Positions 39,519-53,686 of a stretch of DNA of 64,000 nucleotides are shown piece by piece. How positions within the stretch are numbered: the stretch's first letter is position 1; the number at the start of each line of letters is the position of its first letter. The stretch covers positions 620,001-684,000 of the forward strand of contig OZ287076.1 of NCBI GenBank assembly GCA_965645245.1. The letters run 5' to 3'. A model generated the notes under the pieces. That model did not search any database, had not been told where the DNA came from, and saw only the letters and a program-made list of their open reading frames with translations. The position numbers were made by a program, and so were the translations under genes. The stretch is from Massalongia carnosa (taxonomy: Eukaryota).

Positions 39519-41614
39519 ATGGCTAAATCCCACCGGCGCTCATCCCGCCTCCAAGGTGGAGCCCCAGTAGGTATCCCCCGCCCCAAAGGAACGAAGCAAC
39601 ACCGGTCCCTTTGGCCCATTCTCAAGCACACCGAGCTCCAACTAGTTTACTAATCTATTCATAAATTCAGACTCATCACAGTAACGTGCCTTTGCCGATG
39701 AAGCTTTCGTCCCTTCTCGAGCACAACGAATCTCCACCCAGTGTATCCCAAGCACAAACAGGTGCCCCCATGTCACCTCCAAGCGCACAACCAAATACTG
39801 CTATCTCGCAGCGCGCTTCTCACCTCCCACTATCAGCGATCAAAACTCCCAATACAACCTCTCGATTCTACCCAAGCCTTGAGGAGATGCATCCTAGTAA
39901 AGCGCATTTAAGTACCACGAAGATTGGGAAATCGGAGTCGCGCTTCCGCCTAGAAGTGCCTAAAGTATTAGGAAAGTTAGCTGGCCCGGAACAATCACCT
40001 TTCGCAGTCATACAAAGCACGCCAACCAAATTGAGAGACTCATTGCCCAGCCATATGTCGTCCCCCAATTTCGACTTTACTCTTGCGCGGCCAGAATCCC
40101 ACCTCAGTATGGAAGCACAGAAGATCATGAATAGTGTTCGCGAAGAAGCAGCCAAGATCAAAGCGCAAATGCAGGCGAAACGTGACGAGCAGGATCCCAA
40201 GGATGGAGAGGCAAACCAGCCGTACGCAGTGGAGGGCCGGAAAATCGCAAAGCCCAAAGGGAGAAGTGGCAGATATAGCGGTGTTCATATGCAGGAGTTC
40301 AAGAAGATGGATTCTATTGTGGGGCATGCGTCAACTTGGAAAACAAAGTTTCAAAATGTATCGTCGCTGAAGCCGAGCAAATCCAAACCCCGTCTTCAGG
40401 GCGGTGAGCCTGGCGGAGGTGCCCAGAGATCCAAGAACATCCGCTCCAACGATGAAGATCGCATCGAAAACAGTGCTCCGGGGAAACGAGCGAGAAAGAA
40501 TTACTCTGAAGATGCATCGGCTGCACGCCCGTCCTCAAGGGAAGCTGTGTCGGAGAATGTAACCACCCAATCGATCCCCTTAAAGGCATGGACTCGAACC
40601 GGATTGCCCAGCGCTGCTACCACTCCCACGAGAGCATCTCTGGCCCGCTCAGCTAGTGTTAAACATACCAAGACCTCTATGATACCATCGCTTAGCCGGA
40701 GCCACTCCACAAAAACCATAAAAAGCCCTATAGCTCCACGAACCGAAGGTGGCAACAAACATCTTTCGTCATTGGCTAGCCTCAGCAGCATGAAGTCCAT
40801 CCTGCATCGCCACCAACCGAACTTCTCAACCGATGTAGCCAAACCGGCAGAAGCCACTCATCTACCAACCTCAAGTAGACTGCCTAACCTAGATAAAGAG
40901 CTGCCAAGTCTTCCGAGCACGCCTCATCCTAGCCTGTTCCGCACCCCTACCGCCGTGAAACGTGTAGACTTTACTCCAAGCACAAAGTCGGTATATGATC
41001 TTGCAGCCGCCTCCCCTTCTCCCTCAAAGATCCCCGCGATGCATCATCCTTCAGAAAATACAGCCCCCGTGTCCGACGAGCCTATTCTCTACCCGTCTCT
41101 GACCAATTCCCCCAACATCACCACCCGCTTCGCCAAACCGCCACTTTCCAGGAACTCCACCCCTGGCGAATTCACCTTCCACGTCAACGAAACCCCCAAG
41201 TTTGACCCCACCGCCTTCTCCGGCAAAATCCCCTCGACAATCAGAAAAGTGCGTCCCAGCGGGATCACCACACCCATGGCCACCGCCTTCACCGCTCTCC
41301 AGCCCATCCCGCACGGGATGCCCAACAAGAAGCGGCGGCGGGCCGATTCTGACGACGAAGAACTCGGCGTGGAGAATCTCGCTCCTGCGGGAACCGCAGA
41401 GGACGGCGAAGACGGCCCGAGATCGAAGAAACCAAAGACTTTGCCGCAGAAAGATGCACCGCTTGTTTCCGGGGGAAAGAGAAATGTTTCGAGGAGTGGG
41501 GAAGGCGGCAGCGAAATTCCGAATTCCGGTGGTATTAGTAAGAGGCAAAAGGGAAGGGGCGTGTTGAGTTTGAGTCGGTTGCACATGCTCTCTCGGCCGA
41601 AAGGCAGGCGGTAA
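39519..41614 (+). CDS. Basic S/T/P-rich protein with a NuSAP-like motif (intron 39567-39670)
   Basis: MAKSHRRSSRLQGGAP|..; block RKIAKPKGRSGRYSGVHMQEFKKMDSIVGH; C-terminal LSLSRLHMLSRPKGRR. Confidence 0.7.
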
Positions 41615-42165
41615 ATAGCCGCTTCTGGCGCATACATTTAAACACGTAGGCTAGGAAAGTTTTTTTTCTTTCTTCATTTTTGGCGGATTCCCTCCCCTTT
41701 CCTCCTTGAACGACTGTCCGCGGGACGAAAGAAAGGAACGGGTAATGTGCGCGGGGAATTTCTCAAAAACGAAAGTCACGACAGGAAGATCCCCGAAGAA
41801 AGGAAGGGAAAGAAAATGGAGGGAGGGAGATATGATGATAATGATGATGGTGGCGCATGCATGCATGCTTAAGCATGGTCAGGAAGGTGACAGGTGGGTG
41901 GGTGGACGGGCGGGTGCCTTTTTTTTCCCTGGTGGTTCATTCCTGATCCCCATCCCCGGCTATCGATTGATGGGGATAGATAGGGGGGTTTATCCTTATT
42001 TTATGCGTGTATCATCAATATGAAGTGATGGCGGTTGGCGGTTAGCAGGTAAATAGACCGGAATGGAACGGAATTGTTGATGGGGGGATATTCCTCTCCT
42101 CTCCTCTCCTCTCCCATCCCTTGGGTACTTTTCCTGATCCCCCAAATCCCCTATATCCATTTCTT

Positions 42166-42203
42166 TTCTTCTTCTTCTTCTTCTTCTTCTTCTTCTTCTT
42201 CTT
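42166..42203. repeat. (CTT)n microsatellite
   Basis: Direct reading. Confidence 0.9.
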
Positions 42204-42984
42204 CCTCACTTCCCCAATTCCCCAACTCTAACCGAACATCTAGCTAAACGCAAACACAAAAAGCCCAATAACCCCCCATCCTGACCCTAACTAATCCTTG
42301 CATTATCTAGATTTTTTGGGGGGGGGGGGTTGTTTTCCAACCGATCGATCGATCGATTATTCGACGAGGATAGATATATATATACTATATATAACATATG
42401 AAGTAAAGTGAGGTGAAGTAAACGTTGGTTCTCTCTTTTCTGCTTCCTTCCTTCTCTCCCCTACTCCCTCCCTCGCTGCTCATTACCCGATTTCCCGATT
42501 TCCGATTTCGGGTGGAGTGATTGGACATGTAAGACCTACCTAAGGAATTTGTTATGTAGAGGGGCTATTAACTGGGTTAATGGATGAACGAGTTTTGGGA
42601 GGAGGGTGCGATTGTCTTTGCTCCGTAACCTACCTCCCTCCTTCCTTCTCTCTCTTCTCTTCTCTTCTCTTTCCATCTCCCGTGGCAGATACCAGGACAG
42701 ACAGACAGGCAAGTAGCAAGCAGGTCATTGGAATGAATGAATAACATGTAGGTAGGTAATGACCAAATATGTAGGTTACGTCGAAAAGGATAAGCCGAAA
42801 TTCGATTTCCCTTCGGATGTCCGCTCATAGAAAAATGCAAACCCACACGAGCCTCTCTGCAAGTACAAGTTCTCTGCAAAACTCGGAGCATGGTGCTGCT
42901 AGCTAACCCTGTACGTACACTTCTCCACTTCGATCCCCTCCGCTACTTAGCCTTTGCTCGTACCTTCCCTTCCCCTCTCCTCTC

Positions 42985-45900
42985 CTATACCTTCATCGTG
43001 GCCAAGAAGCTGTCAAGGTTGTACTCCTCTTCGTACGCCCGCTCGTCCCACAACTCGCTCAACCCGTCCAACCAACCTTTCTTACCCTTCTCCTTCACCT
43101 CGCCGTTCACGTCCACCATATCTTCTTCGCGCTCGCCGTTGGTTGCTCCTCCGCCGTTGGAACCGCCGCCAGCGGCGGAGTCGAAGGTGGCGGTTTCGCC
43201 GAGATTGAAGAGGTCAAGGATTTGGTCCGTTTCCATGGTGCCAAGGCCGGCGTTTTGCTGATTTACCACGGTGGAGGCGACATCAATTTTAAAGCGTTGG
43301 AGGCTGGGTAGGATAAAATGTTAGCAAGTTAGAAATAACTGGAAAAAAAATATGCTCGTTGAGTTGGCAAGGGAGTAGAATGCGTCTCAACGTGCAGGGG
43401 GAAATCAATTAACGAAAGAGAACAATGCCTACTTAAGAATCTTCTCCTCCAATGTTCCCCTTGTGATCAACCTGTACACATTGACCACTTTCTTCTGCCC
43501 GATTCGATGTGCACGATCCATGGCCTGCAAATCTTTTTGGGGATTCCAGTCATGCTCCACAAAAATCACAGTGTCCGCCCCCGTCAGATTAAGCCCCAGA
43601 CCACCCACGCTCGTTGTGAGGAGCAGGACGTCGTAGCTTGGATCGGTATTGAACTGGTTGACAATGCTCTGGCGCTTGTTGGCTTCAACGCTTCCGTCCA
43701 GCCGCAGGTATTGTACAGAGGGGAGCAATTTCCGAAGGACATCGTTCTGTACGATATCAAGCATTTCCTTCATTTGACAGAATATCAAAGCTCGGTGCTG
43801 GCTGACGTAATTGGTTTCCGATGCATCAGTGCCAATGCCGCAATCGACCAAGAGATCTCGCAGCGCCGTGAGTTTTGGCGCGTGCACGATATCTTTTAGA
43901 CTTGACTTTTGTTTTGCTAGCTGGGTTTGAATCGCATCGTACTGCTTGTGGCCCTCCTTCACCACCAGAGAGGGCGAATTGCAAAGTTTCCGCATATACT
44001 GCAATGCTTGAAAAATATGCTGTTTGGCTTCCTTGTCATCACTGCCCGCTTGTTCCGTTAGTGACTTTCGCTCCTTTTTGGCAAATGATTCGAAGAGAGT
44101 TTTCTGCAGGTCGCTGAGATCACAGTAGTAATTTTGCAAAATCTTTGGGGGCAAATCATCTAGCACCTCTTCCTTAAGTCGGCGTAGAAGGAACGGCAAA
44201 ACCTGCTTGTGCAATGCTTCAATGGCAAGTGCACCTGCTTCTTGTTCCTTTGAAGACGATTTGCTAAAGCGGCTGGCGGCGATTGGCTTCGCAAATCTAT
44301 CAAGAAACACCTTCTCCGTCCCCAAGAATCCAGGCATGAGAAAATCAAAAAGCGACCATAACTCCAGCACATTGTTTTGGATCGGTGTTCCCGAGAGAAT
44401 CAGTCGATGGTTGCTAATGATCCGTTTGACCGCTATCGTGGTCTTCGCTCTTGGATTTTTGATAAGATGGCCCTCATCTAGTACGCAATAATTCCAATTG
44501 AACGGTAGTAGTATATTGATGTCGTTTCTGCACACGTCGTAAGATGTAACGACCACGTCCGTTTTGCCGAGTTGACCCTGAAGTCTGCCCCTTTCTGAGG
44601 AAGGTCCCACATAAGCAAGACAAGTGAGGAAAGGTGCATAAGTCTGAATCTCTTGCTGCCAATGTCCGGAGAGCGTTGGAGGGCATATTATCAACGATGG
44701 GAGCCGGCGAACTTCAGGAGCCTGAGTCTTTTCAAACTCTTTTGCTCGAAGATGATGATCGCTTGCAACAATACACAAGGTTTGCAACGTCTTCCCAAGG
44801 CCCATGTCGTCACAGAGTATGCCATGGAGATGATAGCGGTTGAGAAACGCAAGCCAATTCACCCCTTCCTGCTGGTATGACCTCAATTCCGCTTTGATTG
44901 CAACCGGAACTTGAAATGGGTCGATTTTGTGAATGTCTAGCATTTGCGAAATGAATTTTCGTTCCCGGTCCCGACCCTGTAGCAGTGAGTCTGGGAATCC
45001 AGGAGGATCCGGTATACCAGCTTCCAAAGGCACAAGCTTGACCAAGGTCGCAAAAGTCGTGGTCGCAATCAATCGTATATCGTTGTCGGAGTCGCTCATT
45101 CGGCCAAGCACAGGGACGATCAGGAATATCACATAGGGAAGAATGCTGTCTTCCATGACGTGAATTAAATGATAAATAAGCTCCACCGCACCTTGCCGGG
45201 GATGCAGTTCGATGGAGTTGGTAAAAGGTAATACGGTCTCGACGAGCCTTGCCATGCCTTCGATTCGTAGGACGCTACAGATCGTAGCAAAACATTTGGC
45301 AGCAGCATACCGAAAGACCGAGAGTCTACTTTGTAGCGCTTTCACCACTAAAGGTATCATTTCGAGAATAAACCAATGGAGATCTGCATGCATGCCAGGC
45401 GTCAGGGCACGTAATATGGAAAGCCCGTCAACCACCTCTTGACCAAGCTCCTCGTCAGACTCGATGTTCGGAGGTAATTCACCGTCGAAGGCCCGATGTA
45501 GCGGCGTTTCTATTTTGGTCTTCAAGACTAAAACCTTATCTAAAAGCTGGTTACCAAAGGCTCTATTGAGGTGGTCAAGTGCTAATTTGGCGCCTCGTCG
45601 TGTAACTCTTGCAGCTTTGACTTCGTTTTCATATCTAATGGCATCAACCGGGTCTTTACGATCTTCTTCTTTGCGTAGCGATAGGACCGAGTTTTTCAAC
45701 GCCACATTCGGGGAAAACTCGGGCGTCTCGGAGGTATCCACGCAGTAAAATTTCATCAGATTGGATATGATTTTGTCGGCAGGGCCACGTTTGGCAACAA
45801 TAGCATAGTACCCCATCAACATGCTAATTGAGGCGGCAGAGCGTGTTTGCAACTCGACATTCTCCTCGGCCTTGATGCTATCCATCAACCCCTTGATCAT

Positions 45901-48900
45901 GAGGCTAGGTTTCTTAGGTATATCGCCAAATGCTACAATAGCTCCCGATGCAGCTGCTCGAATCCGTATATCCCTTTCGTTCTTCGCCCGTTTAGCCTCG
46001 TCGATTGCTGTCATGGCACTGGCTCGAGCATCGTTGAGCAATTGAAGAGACGTCACCCTTTGAGCAGGCGTTAACGATTTTTTCAGTCTTTCAAAGTCTT
46101 GCCCGACAACGGAATCCGCGTTGGCAATGGAGAAAGCAGAAGGACCGGAACCAAGCTCGCCCTGAACGACAATTGCAAGAACGGGGATTTTTGATGGTGG
46201 TACATGGCCATGATCTCGAAATGCATTCAACAAGGAGTGACATTGCGATCGTACGACTCGTAAGTAAGGGACAATATCATTATAGCCTTCCGGCCTGTCG
46301 TCCTCCAACACTGAACGTAAATCTCCCGCAAAAAGATCCACGTTCGTCAAGACAGCCGACAGAGAACGAGCATACTCTTCCATTATAACAGCGGCAAATA
46401 TCTGGGTCGTAGAGTACGATGAACGTAGGCTTGATAAGAGGTCTCTTAGCATTAGCTCTAAAGCTTTGCTTCCTTGGCATAGTTTCATGGCTCTACCCAG
46501 AGCTCTAGCAGCAAAAATTCTTGATCGGATTAACACTTCACCGCCTACTAGATCTACATCGCCTTGGATCATGTGGCCATCCACATTGTGAGCCGACGGA
46601 GGTGGTTCCTCTTTCTTCTCAGAACGCCTTCGTTTCTTCGTCGTTGGATCGGCCGGTTGGTATTCGAAAGGTTTACCGAAAGCGGACGATGGATACCTCG
46701 TCCCGGAGGGCCTCATCAAGCAGCTTGGATCAATTGGAATGGGATGACGAGACGTTCCAATGGGATGAAGCGCCAACGTAAAGATCTCATGCGAGTGTGG
46801 AAAAAACTCGGCCATGAAGTGACCGGGTCCTTGCTCCTGCAGCGCCGCTACGAGCGCATACCAAACATCCAACGATAAATTTAGGGTCACTTCATTTCGC
46901 TCGACCATCAAATTCTGGAAAACGAGCCGAAGTATCGTGCCGTTGACCCAATCTCTTGTGCCTTCGCCTCCAAGCTGTAGAAAGGTTTGAAGCGCACGGA
47001 GAACGGCAGACCGTACACTTGTGATGGTGTGACGCAGGAAAGGATACAGCCTTGGAACAAGCTGTGAGAATGCATGGTCTGGAGTTTTGGATGCGTTAAA
47101 CTTCATGGCATTCAGTACCTCCGGGAAGCTGCAGAGTTTGGCCAGAAGATCCATGACCGATCCGGTACTTGCACTCAAATCATCGCGCAGATCCGACAGA
47201 CAGTCCCAGACAATTCTCATCAAATCATCGAGAGCTCCAGGCCGAAGAGCAACGAATTCTTTCGCGATCGGAGTCAACGTAGCTGCGCTGACCGCCCGGA
47301 CATCGTCGTCCGCATCGGAAAGGCCTCGCATGACGGCTTCCACCACACCGTCCATCAAACCGTTATCCTTGACTAGCAGATCGCTGCGGATAGCTACAAG
47401 ATATCGAAGCCCGATCATCCCGCCATGGCATACCTCCCAGATGCGTGCTGGAATATTTAAATCGCTCTGCATCACCATCCGGTACAAGACACGATACACC
47501 AACGTTACCGACGAGGGCGGTAAGTGTGCCAAGAGTGCTCCCAGCGTTTGGCCAACAGTTTCGCGAATTGGAGCGACGACATTGTCAGATATGTAGTCGC
47601 CAAAGCGATCGAGCATGAAGACACAACAAAGACGGCAAGCTAAATCATCCAGCCATCGGTTATTGAGCGCGTCGTTGGCCTTTTTACTTCTGCCTTCTTC
47701 TCGCCCAGCACCAGCCCCATGCACTCGGATGACCTCGCGTAAACCCATGGCCGCACCATGTCGGATTTCCCAGTGATGGTCGAAAAGATCGACCATGAGG
47801 AGTTCGCACAACCGCTCATACGGCCATTCAAGCCCATCATCTTTGGTATCCGTCTGTATGGCGGATTTCTGAGGCAAAATCGCACCCTTGAAGTCCGAAA
47901 CGATTTTTGTACTCTCATCGATGTCGGTACGATCAAGAGAAAAGACATCATTACTACTATCATTCTCAAACTCCGACTTGATGTCGGTCTTCAAAGCAAA
48001 TGGCTCCGGCATCGTTGGGGTGATTGGGGTATCTGTGCTCGACCTACGAATGGACAAGTCGACGACACGTACTTTGTTCGCGTGGTTCTTGGCTGTCATT
48101 TTGTTCTTTCGCTTGAGTTGATTTAATTGGCGTTTACTCAAGCCCGCTTCATCGACCGGAGTTTGAGAAAAGGAGCCGCGACGTGATGCAGTGGTGAACG
48201 GAGATGGTGACTGCATGGCATCCTGGCCAAACAAGGTACCTAAGGACGTATCGACTCTGGGCTTTCCCGCCGGAACTTTGCTTCCATTCTTTTCATTGGA
48301 ATTGATGGTTTGGTCGGTGAAAATCTCGTCCTCGATGTATTCGCCTTCCAATCCAAGTCTTGCGTTGAGAGTATTTTTCTGGACTTCCAAACGTGCGGTG
48401 GGTTCCAGCGATGGCAGCGAATAGTCCTGCTCTTTTCCGGCGCTGCCCAAAAGTTTCTTCCCATAATTTAGGATGGAGGTTACATCTAGAGTCACCAGCT
48501 GCAATTGATCTCCCGCAGGCCGTAGATCTGTCAAATCGGACCCGTCTTCCTGTTCGTTAGGCTCGAACCTGCTGGCGTTTTCGACAATCCCCCCAATGGC
48601 CTTTGCCGCAGCGGTTCTTGTCTCCCATGATTTCGATCGTAAAAAGGGAATGACCCGAGTGAGAAGATTGAATAGCTCATCAGGGTGCTGTTTTTGAACA
48701 TCGCCCAACTGTTGCGCAGCGGTGTTTCTAATCAGCTGCGTGCTGCCAGTTTCCAATAGCCTACCCTTCTGTCAGTTTGCCGAATGAAGGAAAATGTGTA
48801 TCGTGATTGGATGTTTTAACATACGTGACTAAGCGGTCAAGCCTATCATGTGATCATAGTCAGCCAACGAACAATAACAAGGAATAAACGAGCCAATCCA

Positions 48901-48949
48901 ATCAGAAACCGTGCTCATTAATAGCGCGCGCGGCTTACCTAGAGGTCAT
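42985..48949 (-). CDS. MOT1: TBP-associated Snf2 ATPase Mot1 (BTAF1), 4 exons
   Basis: MTSR|LDRLVT|LLETGST N-terminus, HEAT region, GILCDDMGLGKTLQ, LDEGH, LSGTPIQN, DWNPQKDLQAMDRAHRIGQ, terminal ELWD..YEEEYNL. Confidence 0.97.
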
Positions 48950-50443
48950 AGCTTGACGTTTTATTACCGTAGGTCCTGACTGTAAACACCTTCTTTCCTT
49001 CTTCTTTTTCTTCCTTCATGCACTGTCGTGAAAACTTTCTGGACGCGTTTAACCAGGTCTTGTCGCTAGGCTGTCATTGGTTGCATCACATCAATTGAAG
49101 ATAAACATGCGCGAATGCAGTAACGGAGGACGGCATGCTTTCATTCTCAATCCGAGCGAGCGTGGAGTGCGACGTGGAGGCAGACAGAATGAAAAATGCT
49201 GCTTAGTAATTCGAATCAGACTTAGGACACTGAGGAAGAAGAAGCCATGTCACTTTGTTTGGGTTACTCTAGGAAAAAAATGATTAGCGACGGATATAAA
49301 GAGTGCGATGTTGCTAGTGGTATGTGTATAGAGTACTCGGTTCCTTGGTACCTCGGGAGTTTGTATTCTGTACAGAGTATTCTGTACGAAATATTGTAAT
49401 TTGCGTGTTAAAAATCGTATGGAATTTGAAGGTGGGGAGTTCTGGTTGTGGTAGTATGGTGATAAGGCTGGCGTGCATCACACTATCTATGGGTGGAGTG
49501 GACTTGGACTTCACTTTTTAGGAATTTTCAGCTCGAGGAAACGCTGGGGTGCTTATATGCCGGTCCACCGCCACCGACTACGTCGCGCTATTGATTTGCT
49601 CGCTTAGTCCGGGAAGGCGCAATCGTGTCATTTATTCCTCCTTTCGGGGGCTCATCGGCCAATCACAACAAACCAATAGAGAACAGCCAGTCAAAGGTCA
49701 TAGTCAACCACATCAACAAATACATGATCGTTCGGTGAGTGCTTTGAGTATTCTGTATAGAGTATCCTATCGTGACGATTCAAGCCGATCCTCTACGGAT
49801 TCCTAGACCAAGCGTGTATATGTTTCATCCTCCTTCGATCAATGGGTACGCCCATGTACAGAGTACAGAGCCTTCTGTAAAGTACAGCGTACTAGCTGCA
49901 GTGGGGATGTGATCATCTCATTCTCACCACAAATCAAACACGCGTGGTTGCCTGTCGCACCGTATCTGTACTCTGTATTCCGTAATCTATATTCGATCAT
50001 GCGCGAGGCTTGTTAGGCAGAATTCGCACCCTGGAGATCCTGGCCGTTCTCGCCTTGTTTTGTCAATGTTTCGTTCAGGTAGACCCAGACCAATTATACA
50101 GAGTACTCGGTGATGAAATGTGGGGTCCGCCAATGGGCATTCGACGATCAAGAAGGCACACACAAATGTCACCGCGTGTTAGAAAGCTATAGAACGTGTC
50201 AATGCTCTGCTCGTCATACTATCTTCCAAGGAATCTCGTTTGTGTAAGCAGGTATAGCAGCGTACAGGGTTTTTCAAATATTCCTTCAAGAGTAAAGCTT
50301 TCATGTCTAAGGCTAATGCATGCGTCTTCCACGAGGTTTCTTTTCTACAGCAGTGAATGACTGAGAATATAGAGGGCAGGGCGAGCCAGAAGCCACGAGG
50401 AGCCAGCTTCGCACGAGTATAATTGTCTTTCCTGCTCCCTCTA

Positions 50444-52178
50444 ACCGTGCGACCGAAATAAATCCGATGGACCGCATCCCGAGCTCCGCTCGGGGTGCGG
50501 CTCACCTCCATTATAAAAATTTCTATCATCTATCATCAACCATTTATTATTCAACCACATCATGTCTGATTCGTACAAGAAACGAGAGGCTAACATTGCA
50601 AAGGCCTTAGATGCATTTGCAAAGAACACATACAAATCAGCCGCAGCCTGTGCCAAAGAATTCGATATTTCACCTCGTCTATTTCAAAGAAGACTACATG
50701 GATATAGCAAGCGAAAAGCAGTCAATATGAGGCTGTCTGCTGCACTAGAACTAGCCCTGAAGGAGTATATTGAATTTTTTGATGATATTGAATTATCAAT
50801 AAGATTGTCATTGATTCGCGGTGCAGCTAATTATTTGTTGCAATTGCAACATCCTTCCTCGTCTTCAACTTCTCTCACCCGCGTAGGAAAATGCTGGACC
50901 GGACGATTCTTGAAAAGAAATCCCCAATTTTTCATGCAAAAAGGCAAGCCATTAGCAGCCGAAAGGAAAAACGCTCACAATGTTACGGATATTTAAACTT
51001 ATTTCTCTTCATTTCAATCGACTGTAGCCCTTCTTGGTATAACTCCAGATGATATATGGAATATGGATGAGACAGGCTTTCGAGTTGGCTGTGGGGTAAC
51101 CCATTTGGTGGTGACACTATCATCACATAAACGAATTATGATCGCTGATCCAGACAATCGAGAATATAACTTCGGTCGAATGCATCAATGGAGTTGGCGG
51201 AAGCGTTCCATCCTTTTTGATTTTGAAAGGGATCAACATACTTCACAAATGGGCCTTAGAGAATGATTTGAAAGATGATATCGTGTTGACTACAAGCGAT
51301 AGCGGCTATTCGAATGATTGTCTAGCATTAGAGTGGTTAAAGCATTTTAATGCTCATTCAAACAAGGTTCAAAAAGGAGCGTTTAGGCTTCTTTTGTTGG
51401 ATGGATATGGATCTCATCTAACGTATGAATTTTGGGAATATTCGAAAGAAAATAATATCTGTTTATTCAGATTACCCCCCCCCCCCCCATTCAACCCATT
51501 TGACGCAGCCATTGGACGTTGGTGTTTTTCAGCCAATGAAACATTATCATGCTGAAGCGGTTGACAACGCCATTCGGTTGGGTGACGTTGACTTCAATCG
51601 TCTGGATTTTCTGGCCGCATTCAATCAATTTGTACAAAGGCATTCAAATCATCTACTATCAAATCAGCCTGGGAAAAAACTGGGTTGATACCTTACAATC
51701 CGGAGGTAGTCTTGACCAAAATTCGTGCTTTAAATCCGGCCTTACTACCACTACCAATATCATCTTCGGAGACAATAATCCTACCTCATACCCCCAAAAA
51801 GCCCAAAGACGTTGCTAAGGAAGGGGAAAACATTATTCAGCGAATGAATAATAATAAAGAAATTACTCCAGAAAGAATGCGACGTTTTATCAAAGGGTCG
51901 GTCGTCAAAAGCGTGCTGAGACGGCTAGACAAAAGAAAATATTTCTCTATGGAAAAGCGATAGCTAAACGGTTTGGCTTGGTGGGTAAAAAGGCCGAAAG
52001 CTGGATAGATGAACGTCAGCCTTTGATTTTGAATAGCTTCATTTTGAAAGGGTCAATCAATGGATATAATGTAAATAGTTTGAGAAATGCGTCATGGAGA
52101 TGATAGCGTCATGGAGGTGAGCCGCATCTGGAGCGTAGCTCAGGGTGCGGTCCATCGGATTTACCTCGGTCGCACGGT
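50444..52178 (+). mobile_element. Degenerate pogo/Fot1 transposon, ~68-bp imperfect TIRs, TA TSD
   Basis: TA|ACCGTGCGACCGAAATAAATCCGATGGACCGCA.. and ..TGCGGTCCATCGGATTTACCTCGGTCGCACGGT|TA; WNMDETGFRVG, SGYSND, LLDGYGSH, HSTHLTQPLDVGVFQP split by a stop and frameshifts. Confidence 0.93.
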
Positions 52179-53651
52179 TAGTCCATATTTTGGCTTTCCT
52201 TAAACCTCGAAAACCCAATATGACTAATGCCTTATCGAAGCATTTTTCTTTTCACATCACCAAAGCGCTTTAGAGAAATTTCCATAGCTAGATGTTTTTG
52301 GCGACTAGATCCTCAAACACAACGCCTTTCATCCACCAACTTCTTTCTTCCCGATGCAGATGGACCAATGAACTTCGCGTCCCGTATTAAATCGAAGCCA
52401 TAATTACTGGATTGATAGGTGATTTCTGATATACTGCTCTGAACCTATGTGCTGGTACACCTAGGGTACCAACAGAATATCAATAAATACAATATGAACT
52501 TCAGAGTACCTTTGAAACGCAGTGAGTAGACCTGAAAGGATCTGAAAAAAGAAGAGAGTGGAACAGTTGATGTTATGCTGTGTTGTGCTATTAGGAAAAT
52601 CCTAACTCCAGATCAAAAATTGTATGAATAACGGCAAAACCGTACTTTCTCCTTCCGAGTAAATCAGGTATCATTGCCACCACAGGACCATAATACCGTT
52701 GCAAGAAACATTGTTATGGAAGCGATATATACCATGCGGGCTTTTATATGTCTCCCGTGGGTCGATAATGGCCATTAGGAGAACTATTTTGGTTGCCAAA
52801 AACTCAGCACTTCAGGCGTTATAAGACTGAGAGAAAGACACCGGGGCCAAAGAGATCCCACTTAAAGTACTTATTTGCTTTTTGTTTCATTGTTTCCATA
52901 AACCTTTGATTTGTTTTCTAAAGCCAATATCACTTACGCCAGCGCTGTCCAGTCAGATCTTCTAGATATAGTCATTCGTCGGTTTCTATTCGCCCTGAAG
53001 CGTGGCCAAACGAAGGTGAGTATGCCAAAGAAACCCTTAGTCTCTTACCGCACTCCTTGACCTTCGCCCAGCAGGTTTCTTATAGGGCTTGAAGAACCAT
53101 GAGCCTCTCTTAAGAACCTTAGTCTCTCAAGCCCAAAAACCAATTTTCGAGACAAGAAAGCTTCATTTTAAAGGCCCATGAATTCTAAAAACCACTTAAT
53201 AGGAGCAACTTCCTATCCTTCTCCGCAGAAAGCCGCCTCCTTGCGGAGATGGAGGGCTTTTTGAACATATAATTTTGAGCGGAACCCAGTCTCAAAGCCT
53301 GAAAGGATCATTTTAGACTCCATTCGCACTACCTTGAGAGGGACGGTTTTGCACTAGCGCTTTTCCGGGGGGGAGCCCTAGCTCTCTTTCCGCTGTAGAT
53401 AGGCAACAGCCATGTGATGCTTCCTCTATAAAACGCAGCAAATATACAAAACGTTCTGGTGAGGGTAGAACCATTAGAGTATTATCCCAGCATCCATATC
53501 ACATTTATCAACCTCCACATAAAAAAACTCCCGTTTAACCACTTAGCCCATTACCCTATCTATCGCACCCAATCCCACCAACTATTTTCTTTCTCTTCCC
53601 CTAATCCCCCGCCTCAAGTTCTTATTTCTAGCCCCCCCCCCCCAAACCCCT

Positions 53652-53667
53652 AAAAAAATACCAAAAA
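53652..53667 (-). terminator. Pol III oligo-T terminators downstream of tRNA-Gly
   Basis: T5 and T7 runs on the minus strand about 20-35 nt past the tRNA 3' end. Confidence 0.6.
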
Positions 53668-53686
53668 CATAACTTCAACCCTAAGA

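Noticed and set aside
52200..53640. Possible gene or TE between the pogo element and the tRNA
   Set aside because: No recognisable ORF or termini.
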